Source: Lingula anatina
Lineage: Eukaryota; Animalia; Brachiopoda
Length of the DNA stretch: 64,000 bases
Reading direction: 5' to 3'
NCBI GenBank assembly: GCA_051362555.1
Contig: CM120643.1
Span: 11,382,644 to 11,446,643, forward strand
The notes below the pieces were generated by a model that was not told the DNA's origin, did not search any database, and saw only the letters and a program-made list of their open reading frames with translations. Below are positions 1 to 15,000 of this stretch, in pieces; within the stretch, counting starts at the first letter, position 1, and every line of letters begins with the position of its first letter. The translations under genes and the position numbers were made by a program.

Positions 1-3000
1 TCTTCAATTTTGGCCAGGTAGGGATGAAAATTTTTTTGCTTCATTATAGTTTCAGGTAGATGTGTTCGGTCATTTGTAGTAAGAATAAAGTGCTGGAAGA
101 GTGGTGGTGTCAACATTAAGGAAGAAATAGAGCAAAAACTCTGTCTCCCCCCCCCTCTCAGATTCTGTTCTCAGAGCTCATTTTTGGATCATCTTTAAAG
201 CTAGAATTGGGGGCCTTGATGAAGTGACCCGGGCGCGTTTCCACATTTTTTATGAATGACAGGTGTGGTAGATTGATTTTCGTCACTTTTTGGAAAAATC
301 GGAGACGGGCGATTTTTGGTGATTTTGAGTGATTTTGAACAGTGCCGGCACTGTGAGATTTCTTCAATTTTGGCCAGGTAAGGATGAAAATTTTTTTTCT
401 TCATTATAGTGTCAGGTAGATGTGTTCGGTCATTTGTAGTAAGAATAAAGTGCTGGAAGAGTGGTGGTGTCAACATTAAGGAAGAAATAGAGCAAAAACT
501 CTGTCTCCCCCCCCCCTCTCAGATTCTGTTCTCAGAGCTTATTTTTGGATCATCTTTAAAGCTAGAATTGGGGGCCTTGATGAAGTGACCCAGGCGCGTT
601 TCCACATTTTTTATGAATGACAGGTGTGGTAGATTGATTTTCGTCACTTTTTGGAAAAATCGGAGACGGGTCGATTTTTGGTGATTTTGAGTGATTTTGA
701 ACAGTGCTGGCACTGTGAGATTTCTTCAATTTTGGCCAGGTAGGGATGAAAATTTTTTTGCTTCATTATAGTTTCAGGTAGATGTGTTCGGTCATTTGTA
801 GTAAGAATAAAGTGCTGGAAGAGTGGTGGTGTCAACATTAAGGAAGAAATAGAGCAAAAACTCTGTCTCCCCCCCCCTCTCAGATTCTGTTCTCAGAGCT
901 CATTTTTGGATCATCTTTAAAGCTAGAATTGGGGGCCTTGATGAAGTGACCCAGGCGCGTTTCCACATTTTTTATGAATGACAGGTGTGGTAGATTGATT
1001 TTCGTCACTTTTTGGAAAAATCGGAGACGGGTCGATTTTTGGTGATTTTGAGTGATTTTGAACAGTGCCGGCACTGTGAGATTTCTTCAATTTTGGCCAG
1101 GTAAGGATGAAAATTTTTTTTCTTCATTATAGTGTCAGGTAGATGTGTTCGGTCATTTGTAGTAAGAATAAAGTGCTGGAAGAGTGGTGGTGTCAACATT
1201 AAGGAAGAAATAGAGCAAAAACTCTGTCTCCCCCCCCTCTCAGATTCTGTTCTCAGAGCTTATTTTTGGATCATCTTTAAAGCTAGAATTGGGGGCCTTG
1301 ATGAAGTGACCCGGGCGCGTTTCCACATTTTTTATGAATGACACGTGTGGTAGATTGATTTTCGTCACTTTTTGGAAAAATCGGAGACGGGTCGATTTTT
1401 GATGATTTTGAGTGATTTTGAACAGTGCCGGCACTGTGAGATTTCTTCAATTTTGGCCAGGTAGGGATGAAAATTTTTTTTCTTCATTATAGTGTCAGGT
1501 AGATGTGTTCGGTCATTTGTAGTAAGAATAAAGTGCTGGAAGAGTGGTGGTGTCAACATTAAGGAAGAAATAGAGCAAAAACTCTGTCTCCCCCCCCCCC
1601 CCCCTCTCAGATTCTGTCCGCGTTTCCACATTTTTTATGAATGACAGGTGTGGTAGATTGATTTTCGTCACTTTTTGGAAAAATCGGAGACGGGTCGATT
1701 TTTGGTGATTTTGAGTGATTTTGAACAGTGCCGGCACTGTGAGATTTCTTCAATTTTGGCCAGGTAGGGATGAAAATTTTTTTTCTTCATTATAGTGTCA
1801 GGTAGATGTGTTCGGTCATTTGTAGTAAGAATAAAGTGCTGGAAGAGTGGTGGTGTCAACATTAAGGAAGAAATAGAGCAAAAACTCTGTCTCCCCCCCC
1901 CCCCTCTCAGATTCTGTTCTCAGAGCTTATTTTTGGATCATCTTTAAAGCTAGAATTGGGGGCCTTGATGAAGTGACCCGGGCGCGTTTCCACATTTTTT
2001 ATGAATGACAGGTGTGGTAGATTGATTTTCGTCACTTTTTGGAAAAATCGGAGACGGGTCGATTTTTGGTGATTTTGAGTGATTTTGAACAGTGCCGGCA
2101 CTGTGAGATTTCTTCAATTTTGGCCAGGTAGGGATGAAAATTTTTTTTCTTCATTATAGTGTCAGGTAGGTGTGTTCGGTCATTTGTAGTAAGAATAAAG
2201 TGCTGGAAGAGTGGTGGTGTCAACATTAAGGAAGAAATAGAGCAAAAACTCTGTCTCCCCCCCCCTCTCAGATTCTGTTCTCAGAGCTTATTTTTGGATC
2301 ATCTTTAAAGCTAGAATTGGGGGCCTTGATGAAGTGACTCGGGCGCGTTTCCACATTTTTTATGAATGACAGGTGTGGTAGATTGATTTTCGTCACTTTT
2401 TGGAAAAATCGGAGACGGGTCGATTTTTGGTGATTTTGAGTGATTTTGAACAGTGCCGGCACTGTGAGATTTCTTCAATTTTGGCCAGGTAGGGATGAAA
2501 ATTTTTTTTCTTCATTATAGTGTCAGGTAGATGTTTTCGGTCATTTGTAGTAAGAATAAAGTGCTGGAAGAGTGGTGGTGTCAACATTAAGGAAGAAATA
2601 GAGCAAAAACTCTGTCTCCCCCCCCCCCCCCCCTCTCAGATTCTGTTCTCAGAGCTTATTTTTGGATCATCTTTAAAGCTAGAATTGGGGGCCTTGATGA
2701 AGTGACCCGGGCGCGTTTCCACATTTTTTATGAATGACAGGTGTGGTAGATTGATTTTCGTCACTTTTTGGAAAAATCGGAGACGGGTCGATTTTTGGTG
2801 ATTTTGAGTGATTTTGAACAGTGCTGGCACTGTGAGATTTCTTCAATTTTGGCCAGGTAGGGATGAAAATTTTTTTGCTTCATTATAGTTTCAGGTAGAT
2901 GTGTTCGGTCATTTGTAGTAAGAATAAAGTGCTGGAAGAGTGGTGGTGTCAACATTAAGGAAGAAATAGAGCAAAAACTCTGTCTCCCCCCCCCCTCTCA

Positions 3001-6000
3001 GATTCTGTTCTCAGAGCTCATTTTTGGATCATCTTTAAAGCTAGAATTGGGGGCCTTGATGAAGTGACCCGGGCGCGTTTCCACATTTTTTATGAATGAC
3101 AGGTGTGGTAGATTGATTTTCGTCACTTTTTGGAAAAATCGGAGACGGGTCGATTTTTGGTGATTTTGAGTGATTTTGAACAGTGCCGGCACTGTGAGAT
3201 TTCTTCAATTTTGGCCAGGTAAGGATGAAAATTTTTTTTCTTCATTATAGTGTCAGGTAGATGTGTTCGGTCATTTGTAGTAAGAATAAAGTGCTGGAAG
3301 AGTGGTGGTGTCAACATTAAGGAAGAAATAGAGCAAAAACTCTGTCTCCCCCCCCCTCTCAGATTCTGTTCTCAGAGCTTATTTTTGGATCATCTTTAAA
3401 GCTAGAATTGGGGGCCTTGATGAAGTGACCCGGGCGCGTTTCCACATTTTTTATGAATGACACGTGTGGTAGATTGATTTTCGTCACTTTTTGGAAAAAT
3501 CGGAGACGGGTCGATTTTTGGTGATTTTGAGTGATTTTGAACAGTGCCGGCACTGTGAGATTTCTTCAATTTTGGCCAGGTAGGGATGAAAATTTTTTTT
3601 CTTCATTATAGTGTCAGGTAGATGTGTTCGGTCATTTGTAGTAAGAATAAAGTGCTGGAAGAGTGGTGGTGTCAACATTAAGGAAGAAATAGAGCAAAAA
3701 CTCTGTCTCCCCCCCCCCCCCTCTCAGATTCTGTCCGCGTTTCCACATTTTTTATGAATGACAGGTGTGGTAGATTGATTTTCGTCACTTTTTGGAAAAA
3801 TCGGAGACGGGTCGATTTTTGGTGATTTTGAGTGATTTTGAACAGTGCCGGCACTGTGAGATTTCTTCAATTTTGGCCAGGTAGGGATGAAAATTTTTTT
3901 TCTTCATTATAGTGTCAGGTAGATGTGTTCGGTCATTTGTAGTAAGAATAAAGTGCTGGAAGAGTGGTGGTGTCAACATTAAGGAAGAAATAGAGCAAAA
4001 ACTCTGTCTCCCCCCCCCCCTCTCAGATTCTGTTCTCAGAGCTTATTTTTGGATCATCTTTAAAGCTAGAATTGGGGGCCTTGATGAAGTGACCCGGGCG
4101 CGTTTCCACATTTTTTATGAATGACAGGTGTGGTAGATTGATTTTCGTCACTTTTTGGAAAAATCGGAGACGGGTCGATTTTTGGTGATTTTGAGTGATT
4201 TTGAACAGTGCCGGCACTGTGAGATTTCTTCAATTTTGGCCAGGTAGGGATGAAAATTTTTTTTCTTCATTATAGTGTCAGGTAGGTGTGTTCGGTCATT
4301 TGTAGTAAGAATAAAGTGCTGGAAGAGTGGTGGTGTCAACATTAAGGAAGAAATAGAGCAAAAACTCTGTCTCCCCCCCCCCTCTCAGATTCTGTTCTCA
4401 GAGCTTATTTTTGGATCATCTTTAAAGCTAGAATTGGGGGCCTTGATGAAGTGACTCGGGCGCGTTTCCACATTTTTTATGAATGACAGGTGTGGTAGAT
4501 TGATTTTCGTCACTTTTTGGAAAAATCGGAGACGGGTCGATTTTTGGTGATTTTGAGTGATTTTGAACAGTGCCGGCACTGTGAGATTTCTTCAATTTTG
4601 GCCAGGTAGGGATGAAAATTTTTTTTCTTCATTATAGTGTCAGGTAGATGTTTTCGGTCATTTGTAGTAAGAATAAAGTGCTGGAAGAGTGGTGGTGTCA
4701 ACATTAAGGAAGAAATAGAGCAAAAACTCTGTCTCCCCCCCCCCCCCTCTCAGATTCTGTTCTCAGAGCTTATTTTTGGATCATCTTTAAAGCTAGAATT
4801 GGGGGCCTTGATGAAGTGACCCGGGCGCGTTTCCACATTTTTTATGAATGACAGGTGTGGTAGATTGATTTTCGTCACTTTTTGGAAAAATCGGAGACGG
4901 GTCGATTTTTGGTGATTTTGAGTGATTTTGAACAGTGCCGGCACTGTGAGATTTCTTCAATTTTGGCCAGGTAGGGATGAAAATTTTTTTTCTTCATTAT
5001 AGTGTCAGGTAGATGTGTTCGGTCATTTGTAGTAAGAATAAAGTGCTGGAAGAGTGGTGGTGTCAACATTAAGGAAGAAATAGAGCAAAAACTCTGTCTC
5101 CCCCCCCCCCCCCTCTCAGATTCTGTTCTCAGAGCTTATTTTTGGATCATCTTTAAAGCTAGAATTGGGGGCCTTGATGAAGTGACCCGGGCGCGTTTCC
5201 ACATTTTTTATGAATGACAGGTGTGGTAGATTGATTTTCGTCACTTTTTGGAAAAATCGGAGACGGGTTGATTTTTGGTGATTTTGAGTGATTTTGAACA
5301 GTGCCGGCACTGTGAGATTTCTTCAATTTTGGCCAGGTAGGGATGAAAATTTTTTTTCTTCATTATAGTGTCAGGTAGATGTTTTCGGTCATTTGTAGTA
5401 AGAATAAAGTGCTGGAAGAGTGGTGGTGTCAATATTAAGGAAGAAATAGAGCAAAAACTCTGTCTCCCCCCCCCCCCCCTCTCAGATTCTGTTCTCAGAG
5501 CTTATTTTTGGATCATCTTTAAAGCTAGAATTGGGGGCCTTGATGAAGTGACTCGGGCGCGTTTCCACATTTTTTATGAATGACAGGTGTGGTAGATTGA
5601 TTTTCGTCACTTTTTGGAAAAATCGGAGACGGGTCGATTTTTGGTGATTTTGAGTGATTTTGAAAAGTGCCGGCACTGTGAGATTTCTTCAATTTTGGCC
5701 AGGTAGGGATGAAAATTTTTTTTCTTCATTATAGTGTCAGGTAGGTGTGTTCGGTCATTTGTAGTAAGAATAAAGTGCTGGAAGAGTGGTGGTGTCAACA
5801 TTAAGGAAGAAATAGAGCAAAAACTCTGTCTCCCCCCCCCCTCTCAGATTCTGTTCTCAGAGCTTATTTTTGGATCATCTTTAAAGCTAGAATTGGGGGC
5901 CTTGATGAAGTGACCCGGGCGCGTTTCCACATTTTTTATGAATGACAGGTGTGGTAGATTGATTTTCGTCACTTTTTGGAAAAATCGGAGACGGGTCGAT

Positions 6001-9000
6001 TTTTGGTGATTTTGAGTGATTTTGAACAGTGCCGGCACTGTGAGATTTCTTCAATTTTGGCCAGGTAGGGATGAAAATTTTTTTTCTTCATTATAGTGTC
6101 AGGTAGATGTGTTCGGTCATTTGTAGTAAGAATAAAGTGCTGGAAGAGTGGTGGTGTCAACATTAAGGAAGAAATAGAGCAAAAACTCTGTCTCCCCCCC
6201 CCTCTCAATTTCTGTTCTCAGAGCTTATTTTTGGATCATCTTTAAAGCTAGAATTGGGGGCCTTGATGAAGTGATCCGGGCGCGTTTCCACATTTTTTAT
6301 GAATGACAGGTGTGGTAGATTGATTTTCGTCACTTTTTGGAAAAATCGGAGACGGGTCGATTTTTGGTGATTTTGAGTGATTTTGAACAGTGCCGGCACT
6401 GTGAGATTTCTTCAATTTTGGCCAGGTAGGGATGAAAATTTTTTTTCTTCATTATAGTGTCAGGTAGGTGTGTTCGGTCAATTGTAGTAAGAATAAAGTG
6501 CTGGAAGAGTGGTGGTGTCAACATTAAGGAAGAAATAGAGCAAAAACTCTGTCTCCCCCCCCCTCTCAGATTCTGTTCTCAGAGCTTATTTTTGGATCAT
6601 CTTTAAAGCTAGAATTGGGGGCCTTGATGAAGTGACCCGGGCGCGTTTCCACATTTTTTATGAATGACAGGTGTGGTAGATTGATTTTCGTCACTTTTTG
6701 GAAAAATCGGAGACGGGTCGATTTTTGGTGATTTTGAGTGATTTTGAACAGTGCCGGCACTGTGAGATTTCTTCAATTTTGGCCAGGTAGGGATGAAATT
6801 TTTTTTTCTTCATTATAGTGTCAGGTAGGTGTGTTCGGTCATTTGTAGTAAGAATAAAGTGCTGGAAGAGTGGTGGTGTCAACATTAAGGAAGAAATAGA
6901 GCAAAAACTCTGTCTCCCCCCCCCCCCCCCCTCTCAGATTCTGTTCTCAGAGCTTATTTTTGGATCACCTTTAAAGCTAGAATTGGGGGCCTTGATGAAG
7001 TGATCCGGGCGCGTTTCCACATTTTTTATGAATGACAGGTGTGGTAGATTGATTTTCGTCACTTTTTGGAAAAATCGGAGACGGGTCGATTTTTGGTGAT
7101 TTTGAGTGATTTTGAACAGTGCCGGCACTGTGAGATTTCTTCAATTTTGGCCAGGTAGGGATGAAAATTTTTTTTCTTCATTATAGTGTCAGGTAGATGT
7201 GTTCGGTCATTTGTAGTAAGAATAAAGTGCTGGAAGAGTGGTGGTGTCAACATTAAGGAAGAAATAGAGCAAAAACTCTGTCTCCCCCCCCCCCCCTCTC
7301 AGATTCTGTTCTCAGAGCTTATTTTTGGATCATCTTTAAAGCTAGAATTGGGGGCCTTGATGAAGTGACCCGGGCGCGTTTCCACATTTTTTATGAATGA
7401 CAGGTGTGGTAGATTGATTTTCGTCACTTTTTGGAAAAATCGGAGACGGGTCGATTTTTGGTGATTTTGAGTGATTTTGAACAGTGCCGGCACTGTGAGA
7501 TTTCTTCAATTTTGGCCAGGTAGGGATGAAAATTTTTTTTCTTCATTATAGTGTCAGGTAGGTGTGTTCGGTCAATTGTAGTAAGAATAAAGTGCTGGAA
7601 GAGTGGTGGTGTCAACATTAAGGAAGAAATAGAGCAAAAACTCTGTCTCCCCCCCCCTCTCAGATTCTGTTCTCAGAGCTTATTTTTGGATCATCTTTAA
7701 AGCTAGAATTGGGGGCCTTGATGAAGTGACCCGGGCGCATTTCCACATTTTTTATGAATGACAGGTGTGGTAGATTGATTTTCGTCACTTTTTGGAAAAA
7801 TCGGAGACGGGTCGATTTTTGGTGATTTTGAGTGATTTTGAACAGTGCCGGCACTGTGAGATTTCTTCAATTTTGGCCAGGTAGGGATGAAATTTTTTTT
7901 TCTTCATTATAGTGTCAGGTAGGTGTGTTCGGTCATTTGTAGTAAGAATAAAGTGCTGGAAGAGTGGTGGTGTCAACATTAAGGAAGAAATAGAGCAAAA
8001 ACTCTGTCTCCCCCCCCCCCCCCCTCTCAGATTCTGTTCTCAGAGCTTATTTTTGGATCACCTTTAAAGCTAGAATTGGGGGCCTTGATGAAGTGATCCG
8101 GGCGCGTTTCCACATTTTTTATGAATGACAGGTGTGGTAGATTGATTTTCGTCACTTTTTGGAAAAATCGGAGACGGGTCGATTTTTGGTGATTTTGAGT
8201 GATTTTGAACAGTGCCGGCACTGTGAGATTTCTTCAATTTTGGCCAGGTAGGGATGAAAATTTTTTTTCTTCATTATAGTGTCAGGTAGATGTGTTCGGT
8301 CATTTGTAGTAAGAATAAAGTGCTGGAAGAGTGGTGGTGTCAACATTAAGGAAGAAATAGAGCAAAAACTCTGTCTCCCCCCCCCCCCTCTCAGATTCTG
8401 TTCTCAGAGCTTATTTTTGGATCATCTTTAAAGCTAGAATTGGGGGCCTTGATGAAGTGACCCGGGCGCGTTTCCACATTTTTTATGAATGACAGGTGTG
8501 GTAGATTGATTTTCGTCACTTTTTGGAAAAATCGGAGACGGGTCGATTTTTGGTGATTTTGAGTGATTTTGAACAGTGCCGGCACTGTGAGATTTCTTCA
8601 ATTTTGGCCAGGTAGGGATGAAAATTTTTTTTCTTCATTATAGTGTCAGGTAGATGTTTTCGGTCATTTGTAGTAAGAATAAAGTGCTGGAAGAGTGGTG
8701 GTGTCAACATTAAGGAAGAAATAGAGCAAAAACTCTGTCTCCCCCCCCCCCCCTCTCAGATTCTGTTCTCAGAGCTTATTTTTGGATCATCTTTAAAGCT
8801 AGAATTGGGGGCCTTGATGAAGTGACTCGGGCGCGTTTCCACATTTTTTATGAATGACAGGTGTGGTAGATTGATTTTCGTCACTTTTTGGAAAAATCGG
8901 AGACGGGTCGATTTTTGGTGATTTTGAGTGATTTTGAAAAGTGCCGGCACTGTGAGATTTCTTCAATTTTGGCCAGGTAGGGATGAAAATTTTTTTTCTT

Positions 9001-12000
9001 CATTATAGTGTCAGGTAGATGTTTTCGGTCATTTGTAGTAAGAATAAAGTGCTGGAAGAGTGGTGGTGTCAACATTAAGGAAGAAATAGAGCAAAAACTC
9101 TGTCTCCCCCCCCCCCTCTCAGATTCTGCTCTCAGAGCTTATTTTTGGATCATCTTTAAAGCTATAATTGGGGGCCTTGATGAAGTGACCCGGGCGCGTT
9201 TCCACATTTTTTATGAATGACAGGTGTGGTAGATTGATTTTCGTCACTTTTTGGAAAAATCGGAGACGGGTCGATTTTTGGTGATTTTGAGTGATTTTGA
9301 ACAGTGCCGGCACTGTGAGATTTCTTCAATTTTGGCCAGGTAGGGATGAAAATTTTTTTTCTTCATTATAGTGTCAGGTAGATGTGTTCGGTCATTTGTA
9401 GTAAGAATAAAGTGCTGGAAGAGTGGTGGTGTCAACATTAAGGAAGAAATAGAGCAAAAACTCTGTCTCCCCCCCCTCTCAATTTCTGTTCTCAGAGCTT
9501 ATTTTTGGATCATCTTTAAAGCTAGAATTGGGGGCCTTGATGAATTGACCCGGGCGCGTTTCCACATTTTTTATGAATGACAGGTGTGGTAGATTGATTT
9601 TCGTCACTTTTTGGAAAAATCGGAGACGGGTCGATTTTTGGTGATTTTGAGTGATTTTGAACAGTGCCGGCACTGTGAGATTTCTTCAATTTTGGCCAGG
9701 TAGGGATGAAAATTTTTTTTCTTCATTATAGTGTCAGGTAGATGTGTTCGGTCATTTGTAGTAAGAATAAAGTGCTGGAAGAGTGGTGGTGTCAACATTA
9801 AGGAAGAAATAGAGCAAAAACTCTGTCTCTCCCCCCCTCTCAGATTCTGTTCTCAGAGCTTATTTTTGGATCATCTTTAAAGCTAGAATTGGGGGCCTTG
9901 ATGAAGTGACCCGGGCGCGTTTCCACATTTTTTATGAATGACAGGTGTGGTAGATTGATTTTCGTCACTTTTTGGAAAAATCGGAGACGGGTCGATTTTT
10001 GGTGATTTTGAGTGATTTTGAACAGTGCCGGCACTGTGAGATTTCTTCAATTTTGGCCAGGTAGGGATGAAAATTTTTTTTCTTCATTATAGTGTCAGGT
10101 AGGTGTGTTCGGTCAATTGTAGTAAGAATAAAGTGCTGGAAGAGTGGTGGTGTCAACATTAAGGAAGAAATAGAGCAAAAACTCTGTCTCCCCCCCCTCT
10201 CAGATTCTGTTCTCAGAGCTTATTTTTGGATCATCTTTAAAGCTAGAATTGGGGGCCTTGATGAAGTGACCCGGGCGCGTTTCCACATTTTTTATGAATG
10301 ACAGGTGTGGTAGATTGATTTTCGTCACTTTTTGGAAAAATCGGAGACGGGTCGATTTTTGGTGATTTTGAGTGATTTTGAACAGTGCCGGCACTGTGAG
10401 ATTTCTTCAATTTTGGCCAGGTAGGGATGAAATTTTTTTTTCTTCATTATAGTGTCAGGTAGGTGTGTTCGGTCATTTGTAGTAAGAATAAAGTGCTGGA
10501 AGAGTGGTGGTGTCAACATTAAGGAAGAAATAGAGCAAAAACTCTGTCTCCCCCCCCCCCCTCTCAGATTCTGTTCTCAGAGCTTATTTTTGGATCATCT
10601 TTAAAGCTAGAATTGGGGGCCTTGATGAAGTGACCCGGGCGCGTTTCCACATTTTTTATGAATGACAGGTGTGGTAGATTGATTTTCGTCACTTTTTGGA
10701 AAAATCGGAGACGGGTTGATTTTTGGTGATTTTGAGTGATTTTGAACAGTGCCGGCACTGTGAGATTTCTTCAATTTTGGCCAGGTAGGGATGAAAATTT
10801 TTTTTCTTCATTATAGTGTCAGGTAGATGTTTTCGGTCATTTGTAGTAAGAATAAAGTGCTGGAAGAGTGGTGGTGTCAATATTAAGGAAGAAATAGAGC
10901 AAAAACTCTGTCTCCCCCCCCCCCCCTCTCAGATTCTGTTCTCAGAGCTTATTTTTGGATCATCTTTAAAGCTAGAATTGGGGGCCTTGATGAAGTGACT
11001 CGGGCGCGTTTCCACATTTTTTATGAATGACAGGTGTGGTAGATTGATTTTCGTCACTTTTTGGAAAAATCGGAGACGGGTCGATTTTTGGTGATTTTGA
11101 GTGATTTTGAAAAGTGCCGGCACTGTGAGATTTCTTCAATTTTGGCCAGGTAGGGATGAAAATTTTTTTTCTTCATTATAGTGTCAGGTAGATGTTTTCG
11201 GTCATTTGTAGTAAGAATAAAGTGCTGGAAGAGTGGTGGTGTCAACATTAAGGAAGAAATAGAGCAAAAACTCTGTCTCCCCCCCCCCCTCTCAGATTCT
11301 GTTCTCAGAGCTTATTTTTGGATCATCTTTAAAGCTAGAATTGGGGGCCTTGATGAAGTGACCCGGGCGCGTTTCCACATTTTTTATGAATGACAGGTGT
11401 GGTAGATTGATTTTCGTCACTTTTTGGAAAAATCGGAGACGGGTCGATTTTTGGTGATTTTGAGTGATTTTGAACAGTGCCGGCACTGTGAGATTTCTTC
11501 AATTTTGGCCAGGTAGGGATGAAAATTTTTTTTCTTCATTATAGTGTCAGGTAGATGTGTTCGGTCATTTGTAGTAAGAATAAAGTGCTGGAAGAGTGGT
11601 GGTGTCAACATTAAGGAAGAAATAGAGCAAAAACTCTGTCTCCCCCCCCTCTCAATTTCTGTTCTCAGAGCTTATTTTTGGATCATCTTTAAAGCTAGAA
11701 TTGGGGGCCTTGATGAAGTGATCCGGGCGCGTTTCCACATTTTTTATGAATGACAGGTGTGGTAGATTGATTTTCGTCACTTTTTGGAAAAATCGGAGAC
11801 GGGTCGATTTTTGGTGATTTTGAGTGATTTTGAACAGTGCCGGCACTGTGAGATTTCTTCAATTTTGGCCAGGTAGGGATGAAAATTTTTTTTCTTCATT
11901 ATAGTGTCAGGTAGGTGTGTTCGGTCAATTGTAGTAAGAATAAAGTGCTGGAAGAGTGGTGGTGTCAACATTAAGGAAGAAATAGAGCAAAAACTCTGTC

Positions 12001-15000
12001 TCCCCCCCCCTCTCAGATTCTGTTCTCAGAGCTTATTTTTGGATCATCTTTAAAGCTAGAATTGGGGGCCTTGATGAAGTGACCCGGGCGCGTTTCCACA
12101 TTTTTTATGAATGACAGGTGTGGTAGATTGATTTTCGTCACTTTTTGGAAAAATCGGAGACGGGTCGATTTTTGGTGATTTTGAGTGATTTTGAACAGTG
12201 CCGGCACTGTGAGATTTCTTCAATTTTGGCCAGGTAGGGATGAAATTTTTTTTTCTTCATTATAGTGTCAGGTAGGTGTGTTCGGTCATTTGTAGTAAGA
12301 ATAAAGTGCTGGAAGAGTGGTGGTGTCAACATTAAGGAAGAAATAGAGCAAAAACTCTGTCTCCCCCCCCCCCCCCCCCTCTCAGATTCTGTTCTCAGAG
12401 CTTATTTTTGGATCACCTTTAAAGCTAGAATTGGGGGCCTTGATGAAGTGATCCGGGCGCGTTTCCACATTTTTTATGAATGACAGGTGTGGTAGATTGA
12501 TTTTCGTCACTTTTTGGAAAAATCGGAGACGGGTCGATTTTTGGTGATTTTGAGTGATTTTGAACAGTGCCGGCACTGTGAGATTTCTTCAATTTTGGCC
12601 AGGTAGGGATGAAAATTTTTTTTCTTCATTATAGTGTCAGGTAGATGTGTTCGGTCATTTGTAGTAAGAATAAAGTGCTGGAAGAGTGGTGGTGTCAACA
12701 TTAAGGAAGAAATAGAGCAAAAACTCTGTCTCCCCCCCCCCCCCTCTCAGATTCTGTTCTCAGAGCTTATTTTTGGATCATCTTTAAAGCTAGAATTGGG
12801 GGCCTTGATGAAGTGACCCGGGCGCGTTTCCACATTTTTTATGAATGACAGGTGTGGTAGATTGATTTTCGTCACTTTTTGGAAAAATCGGAGACGGGTC
12901 GATTTTTGGTGATTTTGAGTGATTTTGAACAGTGCCGGCACTGTGAGATTTCTTCAATTTTGGCCAGGTAGGGATGAAAATTTTTTTTCTTCATTATAGT
13001 GTCAGGTAGGTGTGTTCGGTCAATTGTAGTAAGAATAAAGTGCTGGAAGAGTGGTGGTGTCAACATTAAGGAAGAAATAGAGCAAAAACTCTGTCTCCCC
13101 CCCCTCTCAGATTCTGTTCTCAGAGCTTATTTTTGGATCATCTTTAAAGCTAGAATTGGGGGCCTTGATGAAGTGACCCGGGCGCATTTCCACATTTTTT
13201 ATGAATGACAGGTGTGGTAGATTGATTTTCGTCACTTTTTGGAAAAATCGGAGACGGGTCGATTTTTGGTGATTTTGAGTGATTTTGAACAGTGCCGGCA
13301 CTGTGAGATTTCTTCAATTTTGGCCAGGTAGGGATGAAATTTTTTTTTCTTCATTATAGTGTCAGGTAGGTGTGTTCGGTCATTTGTAGTAAGAATAAAG
13401 TGCTGGAAGAGTGGTGGTGTCAACATTAAGGAAGAAATAGAGCAAAAACTCTGTCTCCCCCCCCCCCCCCCCCTCTCAGATTCTGTTCTCAGAGCTTATT
13501 TTTGGATCACCTTTAAAGCTAGAATTGGGGGCCTTGATGAAGTGATCCGGGCGCGTTTCCACATTTTTTATGAATGACAGGTGTGGTAGATTGATTTTCG
13601 TCACTTTTTGGAAAAATCGGAGACGGGTCGATTTTTGGTGATTTTGAGTGATTTTGAACAGTGCCGGCACTGTGAGATTTCTTCAATTTTGGCCAGGTAG
13701 GGATGAAAATTTTTTTTCTTCATTATAGTGTCAGGTAGATGTGTTCGGTCATTTGTAGTAAGAATAAAGTGCTGGAAGAGTGGTGGTGTCAACATTAAGG
13801 AAGAAATAGAGCAAAAACTCTGTCTCCCCCCCCCCCCTCTCAGATTCTGTTCTCAGAGCTTATTTTTGGATCATCTTTAAAGCTAGAATTGGGGGCCTTG
13901 ATGAAGTGACCCGGGCGCGTTTCCACATTTTTTATGAATGACAGGTGTGGTAGATTGATTTTCGTCACTTTTTGGAAAAATCGGAGACGGGTCGATTTTT
14001 GGTGATTTTGAGTGATTTTGAACAGTGCCGGCACTGTGAGATTTCTTCAATTTTGGCCAGGTAGGGATGAAAATTTTTTTTCTTCATTATAGTGTCAGGT
14101 AGATGTTTTCGGTCATTTGTAGTAAGAATAAAGTGCTGGAAGAGTGGTGGTGTCAACATTAAGGAAGAAATAGAGCAAAAACTCTGTCTCCCCCCCCCCC
14201 CCCTCTCAGATTCTGTTCTCAGAGCTTATTTTTGGATCATCTTTAAAGCTAGAATTGGGGGCCTTGATGAAGTGACTCGGGCGCGTTTCCACATTTTTTA
14301 TGAATGACAGGTGTGGTAGATTGATTTTCGTCACTTTTTGGAAAAATCGGAGACGGGTCGATTTTTGGTGATTTTGAGTGATTTTGAAAAGTGCCGGCAC
14401 TGTGAGATTTCTTCAATTTTGGCCAGGTAGGGATGAAAATTTTTTTTCTTCATTATAGTGTCAGGTAGATGTTTTCGGTCATTTGTAGTAAGAATAAAGT
14501 GCTGGAAGAGTGGTGGTGTCAACATTAAGGAAGAAATAGAGCAAAAACTCTGTCTCCCCCCCCCCCTCTCAGATTCTGCTCTCAGAGCTTATTTTTGGAT
14601 CATCTTTAAAGCTATAATTGGGGGCCTTGATGAAGTGACCCGGGCGCGTTTCCACATTTTTTATGAATGACAGGTGTGGTAGATTGATTTTCGTCACTTT
14701 TTGGAAAAATCGGAGACGGGTCGATTTTTGGTGATTTTGAGTGATTTTGAACAGTGCCGGCACTGTGAGATTTCTTCAATTTTGGCCAGGTAGGGATGAA
14801 AATTTTTTTTCTTCATTATAGTGTCAGGTAGATGTGTTCGGTCATTTGTAGTAAGAATAAAGTGCTGGAAGAGTGGTGGTGTCAACATTAAGGAAGAAAT
14901 AGAGCAAAAACTCTGTCTCCCCCCCCTCTCAATTTCTGTTCTCAGAGCTTATTTTTGGATCATCTTTAAAGCTAGAATTGGGGGCCTTGATGAATTGACC

